DNA of 40,376 nucleotides from Solirubrobacteraceae bacterium (GCA_051986255.1 JBPYDM010000146.1:1-40376), one strand, 5' to 3'; positions 18,792-28,884 are shown, counted from the stretch's first letter. A program made the numbers and translations. The notes: generated by a model from the sequence alone, not told the origin.

Positions 18792-18868
18792 GGCTCGCGG
18801 CCTACCGCATAACGGTGGAGCGGACGATCAGGCTTGTCGCGGACAGGAGGATGGTGCTGCGCCGATGA
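18788..18868 (+). CDS. putative 26-aa bridging mini-ORF between hpnC and hpnD
   Basis: MRLAAYRITVERTIRLVADRRMVLRR*; ATGA overlap at both ends. Confidence 0.45.
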   Translation: MRLAAYRITVERTIRLVADRRMVLRR

Positions 18869-19788
18869 GGAGGATGCCGGCGATCGAGGTTGAGCAGGCC
18901 TACGGGCGGTGTGAGCAGATCACCCGCCACGAGGCGGCCAACTTCTTCTACGGGATCCGTCTGCTGCCGCGGTCCAAGCGTCACGCTATGAGCGCGGTGT
19001 ACGCCTTCGCCCGGCGGGTGGACGACATCGGCGACGAGGAGCTTGACCGAGTCCGGCAGCTGGAGGCGTTGGCCACCGAGCGCCGGGTGCTGGCCGACCT
19101 GGCCGCGGGCGGGGCGGGTGACCCGGCCGATCCCGTGTCGGTGGCGCTGGCTCACGCGGTCGCGCTCTACGACTTACCCGTGGAGGCCCTGGAGAGCCTG
19201 ATCGAGGGAGTCGAGCTGGACGTCCTGGGAACGCGCTATGAGAGCTTCGACGAGCTGCTCGCCTACTGCCGCCATGTGGCCGGCTCCATCGGCCGGCTGT
19301 GCCTGGCCATCTTCCGTGGGCCCTCCGGAACCCGCGGGCCGGCGGCGCTGCCCGCCTCGAACGGCGCCGCCGGGGCGATGGAGCTGGCCGACGACCTGGG
19401 CGTGGCCATGCAGCTCACGAATATCCTCCGAGACGTGCACGAAGACCGCGAGCGCGGCCGGGTGTACCTCCCCGGTGAGGATCTCCGCCGCTTCGGCGCC
19501 GCCACGCTGGACGAGCTGTCCCCCGAGCAGGCGGGGCGGCTGATCCGCTTTGAGGCCGGCCGGGCCGCCACCTGGTTTGACCGGGGACTGGCGCTGGTGG
19601 ACCACCTGGATCGCCGGAGCGCGTCGTGTGTCCTGGCCATGACCGGGATCTACCGCTGCATCCTTGAGCGGATCACGCTCGAGCCCACGGCCGTGCTCGA
19701 GCGCCGAGTCTCGCTTCCGGCCTGGGAGAAGGCATGGGTGGCGGCCCGCAGCCTGTCCGGGCGCCAGGTCCGGGGAGGCTATGGATGA
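18865..19788 (+). CDS. hpnD: presqualene diphosphate synthase HpnD
   Basis: NFFYGIRLLP, RRVDDIGD, QLTNILRDV.ED..RGRVYLP. Confidence 0.92.
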   Translation: MRRMPAIEVEQAYGRCEQITRHEAANFFYGIRLLPRSKRHAMSAVYAFARRVDDIGDEELDRVRQLEALATERRVLADLAAGGAGDPADPVSVALAHAVALYDLPVEALESLIEGVELDVLGTRYESFDELLAYCRHVAGSIGRLCLAIFRGPSGTRGPAALPASNGAAGAMELADDLGVAMQLTNILRDVHEDRERGRVYLPGEDLRRFGAATLDELSPEQAGRLIRFEAGRAATWFDRGLALVDHLDRRSASCVLAMTGIYRCILERITLEPTAVLERRVSLPAWEKAWVAARSLSGRQVRGGYG

Positions 19789-21164
19789 CCGATCGCAGCG
19801 TGATCGTCATCGGTGGCGGGCTGAGCGGCATCTCGGCCAGCCTCCAGTGTGCGCGGGCGGGAGCGGCCGTGACCCTGCTCGAGAGCCGAGGGCGCCTGGG
19901 CGGCGCCGCCTACTCTTTCACGCGCGACGGCATCTCGGCCGACAACGGCCAGCACGTCTTCCTGCGCTGCTGCACCGAGTATCGGCGGCTGCTGGACGAC
20001 CTAGGGGCCGACGGCTGCGTGACCCTCCAGTCCCGGCTGGCGATTCCTGTGCTGGCGCCGGGTGGGCGCCGGGCGAACCTGCGCCGGTCCCGCCTGCCCG
20101 CGCCGCTGCACCTGGTCGGCGCGCTGGCCCGCTACGGGCTCCTGTCGGTGTCCGAGCGCGGGCATGTGGCTCTGGCCATGGCGGCGCTCCGGCGTGTGAA
20201 CCCCGATGATCCGGCTGCTGATGCCATCTCGTTCGGCGCCTGGCTGGCCGAGCACGGTCAGAGTCCCGCCGCGATCGAGGCGATCTGGGACCTCATCGCC
20301 CGTCCCACGCTCAACCTGGCCCCAGCTGACGCGTCCCTGGCCCAGGCGGCTCAGGTGTTCCGGGTGGGGCTGCTCGAGGACTCGACGGCGGCGGATATCG
20401 GCTACGCCCGTGTCCCGCTCTCGGAGATCCACGACCGGGCCGCCAGGGACGGTCTGCGGAGAGTCGGAGTGGACGTGCAGCTCCGGCGCGGTGTGACCAG
20501 TGTCACCCCCGAGCCCGACGGGTTCAGGGTGGAGGCAGGCGGAGCGCCCACGCTCAGGTCCCAGGCGGTGATCATGGCCGTTCAGGCCGACCGGCTGGCC
20601 CGTCTGCTGCCGCCTGATGCCGTCCCGTCCGTGGACCGGCTGTACGAACTGGGTAGTTCTCCAATCATCAACCTGCATGTGCTGTTTGACCGCCGGGTGA
20701 CCGACCTGCCGTTCGCCGCCGGGGTGCACACGCCTGTGCAGTGGTTCTTTGACCGGACGGGAAGCGGTGGCGTGGCGAGCGGGCAGTACCTGGCCATCTC
20801 CCTATCTGCCGCCGACGCTGATCTCCCGATGACAGCGGAGGAGCTCCGGGGCCGCTACCTGGTGGCGCTGCGCGAGCTGCTGCCGGCCTCACGCCAGGCC
20901 AGCGTCGTGAAGTTCTTCGTCACGAGGGAGCATGCGGCCACCTTCCGAGCTGCCCCCGGAGCCAGGGCTCTGCGGCCGGGCACCCGGACACAGATCGACG
21001 GGCTGGCGCTGGCCGGCGCGTTCACCGACACCGGCTGGCCGGCCACCATGGAGGGAGCCGTACGCAGTGGCTTGGCCGCCGCCCGACAGGTACTCACCTT
21101 CCTGGAGGAGCCGTCCAGGCGGAGGGCCGCCCGCTCCGCCGAGCTGGCCGGGAGCGTCTCATGA
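19785..21164 (+). CDS. hpnE: hydroxysqualene dehydroxylase HpnE
   Basis: IGGGLSG FAD motif, [22 protein letters not shown]; ATGA overlap with hpnD. Confidence 0.93.
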   Translation: MTDRSVIVIGGGLSGISASLQCARAGAAVTLLESRGRLGGAAYSFTRDGISADNGQHVFLRCCTEYRRLLDDLGADGCVTLQSRLAIPVLAPGGRRANLRRSRLPAPLHLVGALARYGLLSVSERGHVALAMAALRRVNPDDPAADAISFGAWLAEHGQSPAAIEAIWDLIARPTLNLAPADASLAQAAQVFRVGLLEDSTAADIGYARVPLSEIHDRAARDGLRRVGVDVQLRRGVTSVTPEPDGFRVEAGGAPTLRSQAVIMAVQADRLARLLPPDAVPSVDRLYELGSSPIINLHVLFDRRVTDLPFAAGVHTPVQWFFDRTGSGGVASGQYLAISLSAADADLPMTAEELRGRYLVALRELLPASRQASVVKFFVTREHAATFRAAPGARALRPGTRTQIDGLALAGAFTDTGWPATMEGAVRSGLAAARQVLTFLEEPSRRRAARSAELAGSVS

Positions 21165-22672
21165 GCTCGCCTGAGCTGCTCGTCCTGGCGCCACTGACGG
21201 TCGAGGCCTCGGCGGTGAGAGGTGGGGCCCCCTGGGCAGACGTGCACCGGACCGGGATGGGACCGCGCCGGTCGGCCCGATCGGCCGAGCTGGCCCGCAA
21301 GGCGCCCGGCTGCGCCGTGATGATCGCCGGGTTCTGCGGGGCGGTGGACCCGGAGCTCGAGCCCGGGGACATCGTGCTGCCCACGGAACTGCGTGGCCCG
21401 ACGGGAACGACCGTGTGCGACGACACGACGATCCTGGCCGGAATGCTCCGCCGAGCCGGGTTCCGCGTTCGCCAGGGTCCGGTGGCCTCCACCAAGCGGC
21501 TCGTGCTGGGCTCCCGGCGACAGGCGCTGGCCCACTCGGGCGCCCTGGCCGTAGACATGGAGTCGGCCTGGCTGGCCTCGGCCGTTGGGGGACAGCCCTT
21601 GGTCACGCTGCGCGTGGTCATGGACACCTCGCGACACGAGCTCTACCGACCGGTACGCACGCTGGCGGCGGCGGTCACCGCTTATCGGACGCTGCGCCGC
21701 GCCTGCCGGCTGATCGAGCGATGGGCGGCCGCGCTCAGCCCTCGGGACGTACTGCTCGCCTCGCCCCGGGCTTCCTGCGCCGGGGTGGACCGAGCCGTTG
21801 AAATCGTCGATCGGGCCCTTGACGAGCGAGGTGCCCCGATCTACGTCCGCAAGCAGATCGTCCACAACAGCCACGTCGTGGCCGAGCTCGAGGAGCGGGG
21901 AGCGGTGTTCGTGGAGGAGCTGGGTGAGGTGCCGCGCGGGGCCACGGTGATCTTCTCCGCCCATGGGGTCTCCCCGGCGGTGCGCCGGGAGGCCGCCGAG
22001 CGGGGCCTGGACGTGATCGACGCGACCTGCCCGCTGGTGGCCAAAGTGCACGCCGAGGCCCGGCGGTTCGCCCAGAACGGGTTCGACATTGTGCTCGTGG
22101 GGCACGAAGGCCACGAGGAGGTCGACGGGACGCTAGGCGAGGCTCCGAACCGGACCCACGTGATCTCGAGCGCCGAGGAGATCGAGCAGCGCGAGCTCGA
22201 GGATCCCGAGCGCGTGGCCTACCTCACCCAGACCACACTGGCCGTGGACGACACGGCGGGAGTGGTGGACGCGCTCCGCGATCGCTATCCCACGCTGGCC
22301 GGCCCGGCCTCGAGCGATATCTGCTACGCCACGCAGAACCGCCAGGACGCGGTGCGGGCCCTGGCCGCCGAGTGCGATCTCGTGCTGGTGGGGGGGTCGG
22401 GCAACTCGTCCAACTCCCGGCGCCTGGTCGAGGTCTCGGAGCGGGCCGGGTGCCCGGCGGCGCTGGTCGAGAACGGCGGCGACATCGCGCCGGAGCGTCT
22501 CCATGGGGTGGGACGTGTGGGACTGACGGCCGGCGCCTCCGCCCCCGAGGAGCTGGTCGAGGAAGTTATCCGGGCGCTGGAGGGGCTGGGTCCGGTCATG
22601 GTCTCAGAGCGGAGCGTGGCCCGAGAGGAGATCCACTTCAAGCTTCCACCCGAAGTACGCTCTCGGAGGTAG
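21161..22672 (+). CDS. ispH: fusion of HpnG-like nucleoside phosphorylase domain and IspH (HMBPP reductase)
   Basis: N-terminal TGMG, AGFCGA, GDIVL, AVDMES, LRVVMD; C-terminal [49 protein letters not shown] in one 503-aa ORF. Confidence 0.92.
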   Translation: MSSPELLVLAPLTVEASAVRGGAPWADVHRTGMGPRRSARSAELARKAPGCAVMIAGFCGAVDPELEPGDIVLPTELRGPTGTTVCDDTTILAGMLRRAGFRVRQGPVASTKRLVLGSRRQALAHSGALAVDMESAWLASAVGGQPLVTLRVVMDTSRHELYRPVRTLAAAVTAYRTLRRACRLIERWAAALSPRDVLLASPRASCAGVDRAVEIVDRALDERGAPIYVRKQIVHNSHVVAELEERGAVFVEELGEVPRGATVIFSAHGVSPAVRREAAERGLDVIDATCPLVAKVHAEARRFAQNGFDIVLVGHEGHEEVDGTLGEAPNRTHVISSAEEIEQRELEDPERVAYLTQTTLAVDDTAGVVDALRDRYPTLAGPASSDICYATQNRQDAVRALAAECDLVLVGGSGNSSNSRRLVEVSERAGCPAALVENGGDIAPERLHGVGRVGLTAGASAPEELVEEVIRALEGLGPVMVSERSVAREEIHFKLPPEVRSRR

Positions 22673-22674
22673 AT

Positions 22675-23679
22675 ATGCCAGTACCGATGCGACAGTCACT
22701 GCGGATGGCCGGCTACCTGATGGGCCAGAAGCTGCGCCGGCGCGAGAAGTTCCCGCTGCTGGTGGAGCTCGAGCCGCTCTTTCAGTGCAACCTGGCCTGC
22801 GCGGGGTGCGGAAAGATCCAGCACCCCGAGCACGTGCTCCGGCGGCGGATGCCGGTGGAGCAGGCGGTGGGGGCGATCGAGGAGTCCGGCGCCCCGATGG
22901 TCTCGATCGCCGGCGGTGAGCCGCTCATCCACCCCGAGATCGACGAGATCGTCCGTCAGCTGGTCGGCCGCAAGCGGTTCGTCTACCTGTGCACCAACGC
23001 GCTGCTCATGGAGCGCAAGCTGGACAAGTTCAAGCCCTCGCCGTACTTCGCGTGGGCGGTGCACATGGACGGTCTGCAGGAGCGCCACGACGAGTCGGTG
23101 TGCCGCGAGGGCGTGTTCGACAAGGCCGTGGCCGCAATCAGGGCCGCCCAGGCCAGTGGCTTCCGGGTCACCACCAACACCACCTTCTTCACCCACGACT
23201 CCCCGAAGGACGTGCGGCGAGTGCTGGATTTCCTCAACGACGAGCTCCAGGTGGACCAGATGATGATCTCGCCCGCCTACGCGTACGAGAAGGCGCCCGA
23301 TCAGGAGCACTTCCTGGGCGTGCGTCAGACGCATGAGCTGTTCCGGGCCGCCTTCGCCGACGGGCGGCGCAAGCGGTGGCGGCTGAACCACTCCCCTCTG
23401 TTCCTGGACTTCCTGGAGGGGAAGGTGGACTACCAGTGCACCCCCTGGGGAATTCCCAGCTACTCACTGTTTGGCTGGCAGCGTCCGTGCTACCTGATGG
23501 CCGACGGCTATGCCCAGACCTACAAGGAGCTCCTCGAGACCACCGACTGGGACAAGTACGGCCGTGGCCGCGATCCCCGGTGCGAGAACTGCATGGCCCA
23601 CTGCGGGTATGAGCCCACTGCGGTGATGGCCTCAACCCGGTCGGTCAAACAGTCGCTCCGGGCACTAATCAACAGCTAG
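22675..23679 (+). CDS. hpnH: adenosylhopane synthase HpnH (radical SAM)
   Basis: LEPLFQCNLACAGCGKIQ, SIAGGEPL, CENCMAHCGYEPTAV; GGAGGT SD. Confidence 0.96.
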   Translation: MPVPMRQSLRMAGYLMGQKLRRREKFPLLVELEPLFQCNLACAGCGKIQHPEHVLRRRMPVEQAVGAIEESGAPMVSIAGGEPLIHPEIDEIVRQLVGRKRFVYLCTNALLMERKLDKFKPSPYFAWAVHMDGLQERHDESVCREGVFDKAVAAIRAAQASGFRVTTNTTFFTHDSPKDVRRVLDFLNDELQVDQMMISPAYAYEKAPDQEHFLGVRQTHELFRAAFADGRRKRWRLNHSPLFLDFLEGKVDYQCTPWGIPSYSLFGWQRPCYLMADGYAQTYKELLETTDWDKYGRGRDPRCENCMAHCGYEPTAVMASTRSVKQSLRALINS

Positions 23680-23792
23680 TTCGGGCGCCCGCGGGCGAGG
23701 GGCCCTCCGCCGAGCGACGCAGACGGCCGTGAGCATCCCAACCGCCCCAGGCGCGGCGGCGTGCCCCGACGTTGACCGCTCCCTGGGCGGTG

Positions 23793-23833
23793 AACGTCCC
23801 AATGTCCCCTAGAACGGGAGGGATTGGGACGTT
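23793..23833. repeat. inverted repeat between convergent hpnH and hpnO (REP-like or bidirectional terminator)
   Basis: aacgtcccaat / attgggacgtt perfect 11-bp arms, with inner tccc/ggga pairing. Confidence 0.7.
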
Positions 23834-23859
23834 TCCGGCGCGCGCGGGCCGGTGACCAC

Positions 23860-25257
23860 CTAGCGCGCGGTCAGGCTGCGGCGGCCCAGTTCGAGTCCCA
23901 GGCTGGCGTAGCGGCGAAACAACCCCGCTTCAACCTCCTCGAGCACGCTCTCCAGGGCGGAGACGAAGCGGCGCAGATCGCCCTCTTCGATGACCAGCGG
24001 AGCCAGTACCTTCACCACGTTCATATGGTGTCCGGCCACCTGGGTGAGGATCCGGTGCTGACGGAACAGGGGCACGATGACCATCTGGGCGAACAGCCCG
24101 GGCTGGCGGCGCTCGACGGCGTCCCACACCCGGCGGGCGGTCCGGCCGGCCGGTGGCCCGAGCTCTATCGCCCACATCAGCCCCCGGCCCCGGACCTCGC
24201 GGACCACCTCGAACCGCTCGACGAGCGGAAGCGTCAGGTCCATGAGCAGCCCGCCCAGTTGCCGAGCCCGATCCACCAGGTGCTCGTCGTCCAGAACCTT
24301 GAGCGTGGCCAGCCCAGCGGCCGCGGCCAGGTCACCGCCTCCGAACGTGGAGCCATGGACCACGCTGCGCTCCATTGAGTCAAACGTGGCCCGGAAGGCC
24401 GGGCGAGACGCAAGCACCGCCCCCACCGGGACGTAGCCCCCGGACAGGGCCTTGGAGAGCGTCACCAGGTCTGGCTCCACACCCCAATGCTCGAGGGCCA
24501 GGAATTTCCCGGTCCGCCCGAGCCCGGTCTGGACCTCGTCCACGATCAGCAGGGTCCCATGCTGCCGGCACAGCTCCTGGGCGGCCTGGAGGTATCCCTC
24601 CGGGGCGAGATAGACGCCCTTGCCCTGGATCGGCTCGACGGCAAACGCGGCCACGTCGCCCTGCCGGAGCTCGCGCGCCAGCGCATCCAGGTCCCCGAAG
24701 GGAACGCTGGCGCCGGGGAGCAGCGGCCCGAAGCGCTCGCGGAACTCGTCGCTGCCGTTGACCGACAGCGCCCCCAGAGTGAGTCCGTGAAAGCCGCGCT
24801 CGCAGAAGAGCAGCCGCGGCCGGCGCGTGGCCGCCCGAGCCAGTTTGATCGCGCCCTCGACCGACTCGGTGCCCGAACTGGTGAGAAGGACGGCCTGTAG
24901 CGACGCGGGGGCACGGGCGATCAGCTCCTCCCCGAGCATGCCCGCCAGGGCTGACACGCCCAGCTGGGGAAGGCTGGCGGTGTCGAGGTCGAGCACGGAC
25001 TGGAGCTGGGCCTTGACCGTGGGATGGTTTCGCCCCAGCGAGAAGACGCCGTAGCCCGAGAGGAGATCCAGGTACTCGTCACCGTTTCGATCGATTAAGT
25101 GCGCGCCCCGGCCCCGGACCCAATCCCGATCGAACCCCAGCGTCTGAAGAACGCGCCCCAGCTGCGGGTTCAGATAGCGCTGGTTCAGCGCCATCGCCTC
25201 CGGCCCTCGGAGCGCGAGCAGATCGGCTAGGTCGAGGTTTCCACGCCCGTCATCCAC
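23860..25257 (-). CDS. hpnO: class III aminotransferase, HpnO-like (aminobacteriohopanetriol synthesis)
   Basis: SGTESVEGA, FHGLT, EPIQGKG, DEVQTGLGRTG, SKALSGG; resembles hopanoid-cluster aminotransferases and adjoins hpnH. Confidence 0.8.
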   Translation of the reverse strand: MDDGRGNLDLADLLALRGPEAMALNQRYLNPQLGRVLQTLGFDRDWVRGRGAHLIDRNGDEYLDLLSGYGVFSLGRNHPTVKAQLQSVLDLDTASLPQLGVSALAGMLGEELIARAPASLQAVLLTSSGTESVEGAIKLARAATRRPRLLFCERGFHGLTLGALSVNGSDEFRERFGPLLPGASVPFGDLDALARELRQGDVAAFAVEPIQGKGVYLAPEGYLQAAQELCRQHGTLLIVDEVQTGLGRTGKFLALEHWGVEPDLVTLSKALSGGYVPVGAVLASRPAFRATFDSMERSVVHGSTFGGGDLAAAAGLATLKVLDDEHLVDRARQLGGLLMDLTLPLVERFEVVREVRGRGLMWAIELGPPAGRTARRVWDAVERRQPGLFAQMVIVPLFRQHRILTQVAGHHMNVVKVLAPLVIEEGDLRRFVSALESVLEEVEAGLFRRYASLGLELGRRSLTAR

Positions 25258-25295
25258 CCTTCACATCCTGTCAGGAGCGCCCAGCCAAGGGCTCT

Positions 25296-26411
25296 CTAGC
25301 CCAGCGCGTCATCCACGGCGGCCAGAGGAACCCCGACGGCCTCAGCCACCGGGGCGTAGGTGACCTGACCGCCCGCCACGTTGACCCCCAGCTTCAGCCC
25401 AGGGTTCTCGTCTATGGCCGCCTTGACCCCGGAGGAGGCCAGGTGGACCACGTAGGGCATGGTGGCGTTGGTCAGGGCGTACGTGGAGGTGATGGGTACC
25501 GCGCCCGGCATGTTGCTCACGCAGTAGTGGGTGATCCCGTCCACCTGGTAGGTGGGGTTGGAGTGGGTGGTCGGTCGGGAGGTCTCGAAGCACCCACCCT
25601 GGTCGATCGACACGTCGACCAACACGGCGTTTCGTTTCATCAGGGATAGCTGGGGCCGGGTTATCACCCGGGGCGCCAGGGCCCCGTGCAGCAGCACCGC
25701 ACCGATCACCAGGTCGACGTCGGGGAGGCGCTCCTCCACCGATAGCGTGGAGGAGAAGCACGTGTCGGCCCGGCCACCGAAGGCCACGTCGAGCTCGCGC
25801 AGTCGGTCGATGTTGCGGTCATACACGTACACCGTGGCCTCCATCCCGATGGCGATGAAGGCGGCGTTCATGCCCACCACCCCGCCGCCGATGATCATCA
25901 CCTCGGCCGCGGCCACGCCGGGCACTCCTCCCAGGAGGATCCCCCGTCCGCCCAGCGGCTTCTCGAGCATGAACGCTCCGGCCTGGGTGGCGATCTTGCC
26001 CGCCACCTCGGACATGGGGGCCAGCAGCGGCAGGCGGCCCTGATGGTCCTCAACCGTCTCGTAGGCGATGCAGATGGCGCCCGACTCCATCAGCCCCCGT
26101 GTCAGCTCGGCGTCAGCGGCCAGGTGGAGGAAGGTGAACAGGATGTGGCGCGGCTCGAGCAGCCCGATCTCCTCGGGCTGGGGCTCCTTGACCTTGACGA
26201 TCAGCTCCGCGGTGCCGAAGAGCTCGGCCGCGTCGGGCACGATCCGGGCCCCCTGCGAGACGTAACCCCCGTCATCGATGGCCGATCCCTCGCCCGCTTC
26301 GCGCTGGATGAACACCTCGTGCCCGGCGTCGACCAGCTCGCGAACCCCCGCCGGGGTCAGAGCCACCCGGTACTCGTCCGACTTGACCTCCGCGGGCACT
26401 CCGACCCTCAT
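25296..26411 (-). CDS. ald: alanine dehydrogenase
   Basis: MRVGVPAEVK..EYRVALTP, KVKEP, FLHLA, PLLAPMSEVAG, GGGVVG, DQGGCFETS, NMPGAVP. Confidence 0.96.
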   Translation of the reverse strand: MRVGVPAEVKSDEYRVALTPAGVRELVDAGHEVFIQREAGEGSAIDDGGYVSQGARIVPDAAELFGTAELIVKVKEPQPEEIGLLEPRHILFTFLHLAADAELTRGLMESGAICIAYETVEDHQGRLPLLAPMSEVAGKIATQAGAFMLEKPLGGRGILLGGVPGVAAAEVMIIGGGVVGMNAAFIAIGMEATVYVYDRNIDRLRELDVAFGGRADTCFSSTLSVEERLPDVDLVIGAVLLHGALAPRVITRPQLSLMKRNAVLVDVSIDQGGCFETSRPTTHSNPTYQVDGITHYCVSNMPGAVPITSTYALTNATMPYVVHLASSGVKAAIDENPGLKLGVNVAGGQVTYAPVAEAVGVPLAAVDDALG

Positions 26412-26452
26412 GCGCCCCACCCTAATCCTGCCACCCCGACCCTCATGGGCAC
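26408..26452 (-). CDS. putative 14-aa bridging mini-ORF between the aminotransferase and ald
   Basis: (M/V)PMRVGVAGLGWGA*; GTG directly after TAA, TGA overlaps ald ATG. Confidence 0.35.
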   Translation of the reverse strand: MPMRVGVAGLGWGA

Positions 26453-27880
26453 TTAGCCCCGCCGCTCGACGTATCCCTGGATGTGATGGTCGCCGTGGAC
26501 CCGCATCCGCTCGCCGGCCTCGGTCAGGATCGGCCGCAGGATCCCTTCGATCTCCTCGAACTGCTCCGGACCCGCGATCAGCGGTGGCGAGAGCTGGATC
26601 ACAGGATCCCCGCGGTCATCGGCCCGGCAGATCAACCCACGGCGGTAGAGCTCGGTGGACAGGAATCCGCGCAGCAGCGTCTCTGACTCCTCGTCGGAGA
26701 ACGACTCCTTGGTGTCGCGATCCTTGACCAGCTCGATGGCGTGGAAGTAGCCGGCTCCGCGCACGTCGCCGACGATCGGGAGGTCGCATAGCGAGTCGAG
26801 CATCGCCCTGAAGTCGGACTCGTGCGCCCTTACGTTGTCCAGCACGCCCTCGCTCTCCATGGCGTCCAGGTTGGCCAGTGCCACCGCGGCGCAGACCGGG
26901 TGACCGCCGAACGTGAAGCCGTGGGTGAAGCTGTGGGTCCCGCTCATGAACGGCTCGGCCACCCGATCGGAGACGATCACCGCGCCCATAGGCGCATAGG
27001 CACTGGTCAGGCCCTTGGCCGTGGTGATGATGTCCGGCCGGTAGTCGTAGCGGAGCGAGCCAAACCATTCGCCGAGCCGTCCCCAGGCGCAGATCACCTC
27101 GTCGGAGACGAGCAGGACGTCGTACTCATCGCAGATCTCCCTGACCCGCTGGAAATAGCCGGGCGGCGGGGTGAAGCAGCCGCCGGCGTTCTGAACCGGC
27201 TCCAGGATGACCGCGGCCACCGTGTCGGGACCCTCGAACTCGATCCGCTCGCCGATCGTCTCCACCAACTGGTCCACTGGCATCCCATCCGGGAGTCGAT
27301 AGGTGTTGGTGTTGGGGACGTGGACTCCGCCCGGGGTCAGCGGCTCGAAAGGCTGGCGGAGATCGGTGATCCCGGTGGCCGAGAGCGCTCCCAGCGATGT
27401 GCCGTGATAGGCGATCTCACGGGCAACGACCTTGGTCTTCGTCGGCTTGCCCCGGAGCTTGAAGTACTGCCGGGCCAGCTTGAGGGCAGACTCCACGGCC
27501 TCGCTCCCGCCGCTGGTGAAGAACACGCGGTTGAGGTCGCCCGGGGCCAGCGAGGCCACCCGGGCGGCCAGCTCGATGGCCGGCGGGTGGGCGTAGGACC
27601 AGTTGGTGAAGAAGCCGAGCTCGCGGGCCTGGTCGGCGCCCGCCTGAGCAATGTCGGCCCGTCCGTGGCCGATGTTCACGCAGAACAGGGCTGACAGACC
27701 GTCCAGGTAGCGGTTGCCGTGCTCGTCGTAGACGTAACAGCCCTCTCCTCGGACGATGATCGGTATCTCCTCACCGGCGCCATAGGCTCCCATCCGGGTG
27801 AAGTGCATCCACAGGTGCTCGCGGGCCGTCTGCTGCAGGGTCGACTGCCCCGCCTGAACTGCATGCTCGGTACTGGCCAT
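26453..27880 (-). CDS. class III PLP aminotransferase (omega-amine/amino acid:pyruvate type)
   Basis: HLWMHFT, SGGSEAVE, AYHGTS, EPVQNAGG, DEVICAWGRLG, AKGLTS, HGFTFGGHP; GAGGAG SD. Confidence 0.92.
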   Translation of the reverse strand: MASTEHAVQAGQSTLQQTAREHLWMHFTRMGAYGAGEEIPIIVRGEGCYVYDEHGNRYLDGLSALFCVNIGHGRADIAQAGADQARELGFFTNWSYAHPPAIELAARVASLAPGDLNRVFFTSGGSEAVESALKLARQYFKLRGKPTKTKVVAREIAYHGTSLGALSATGITDLRQPFEPLTPGGVHVPNTNTYRLPDGMPVDQLVETIGERIEFEGPDTVAAVILEPVQNAGGCFTPPPGYFQRVREICDEYDVLLVSDEVICAWGRLGEWFGSLRYDYRPDIITTAKGLTSAYAPMGAVIVSDRVAEPFMSGTHSFTHGFTFGGHPVCAAVALANLDAMESEGVLDNVRAHESDFRAMLDSLCDLPIVGDVRGAGYFHAIELVKDRDTKESFSDEESETLLRGFLSTELYRRGLICRADDRGDPVIQLSPPLIAGPEQFEEIEGILRPILTEAGERMRVHGDHHIQGYVERRG

Positions 27881-27990
27881 TGGACTCCTCTCTTCTACGT
27901 CGCCTTTCCGGGCGCTCGCGGCGGCCTGACCGAGGCGCCGCACTGACAACCCTAGCGCTGGGGCGCAGCCAGGACTGGTGGTGCCTACAT

Positions 27991-28884
27991 CTAGGCCGGC
28001 GCGGCGGCGGCCAGCGGAACCCGGCCGCCCATGGTCCGGACGGGCGCGGGCATCAGCCAGGCGGCCAGTAACACGAGCACGAAGGCCAGGCACTCGATGG
28101 TCAGCAGGGCTGGGTTCCCCGACAGGGGCTCACCGAACACGATGATCCCTCCGATGATTCCCGCCACGTTGGCCGCGGTGCCCGTGACGGCGATCACCGG
28201 CACGGCCTGTCCGTCCTGGAGGCCCTTGGCCGAGGCGTAGAAGGCGGCCACGGACGCGATCAGACAGACGGCCGTCCAGGGCGAGAGGATCCCCAGCACG
28301 CCCCCCGAGGTGATCAAGCCCGAGATGGCCTTGATGGCCACGTCGGAGACCCCGAACAGGATCCCTGCCGCGGCTCCCAGCATGAAGCCGTGATGGTGAC
28401 GAGGCGCGCCGATTCTCGGCCCCATGATGAGCAGCGTCCCGCCGGCGATCAGCCCGGCCTCGAAGCCGATCATGGCGGGCAGCGAGAAGCGCGAGTCGGC
28501 GCCGTGCGTGGCCGGGAGGGTCACACCCAGCGCGACCAGGCCCAGCGCGGTAAGGCCCAGGCCCATCCACTGGCGTCGGCCAATGCGCAAGCCGAACAGG
28601 CGCTCGGCCATCACCGCCAGGAGCACCACGCCTCCGGCCAGAACGGACTGGACGATCGACAGTGGCGCGAACGCCATCGCGGCCACGTGGAAGATCCAGG
28701 CGCCGGTAGCGATCACCATGCCGATGGCGAACAGCGGGGAGGCGAACAGCGAGCGGGCGGTGCGGATGGGACGCCGGATGTCCACGGCGGGGGCGGCACA
28801 GGCGCCCCGGTGCTTGTACAGAAAGCCGATGTTCGTGGCCAGCGCGCACAGCGCCGCCAGGAATATTCCGAAGAACAGAGTCAT
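27991..28884 (-). CDS. multi-pass membrane protein, DMT/EamA-like
   Basis: About 9 hydrophobic segments; APLSIVQSV and GIIVFGE resemble DMT-superfamily motifs. Confidence 0.78.
   Translation of the reverse strand: MTLFFGIFLAALCALATNIGFLYKHRGACAAPAVDIRRPIRTARSLFASPLFAIGMVIATGAWIFHVAAMAFAPLSIVQSVLAGGVVLLAVMAERLFGLRIGRRQWMGLGLTALGLVALGVTLPATHGADSRFSLPAMIGFEAGLIAGGTLLIMGPRIGAPRHHHGFMLGAAAGILFGVSDVAIKAISGLITSGGVLGILSPWTAVCLIASVAAFYASAKGLQDGQAVPVIAVTGTAANVAGIIGGIIVFGEPLSGNPALLTIECLAFVLVLLAAWLMPAPVRTMGGRVPLAAAAPA

Noticed and set aside
27985-27990. ATG-TAG start-stop directly after the DMT stop (minus strand)
   Set aside because: Does not reach the next gene, which has its own SD and -10 candidate; may be chance
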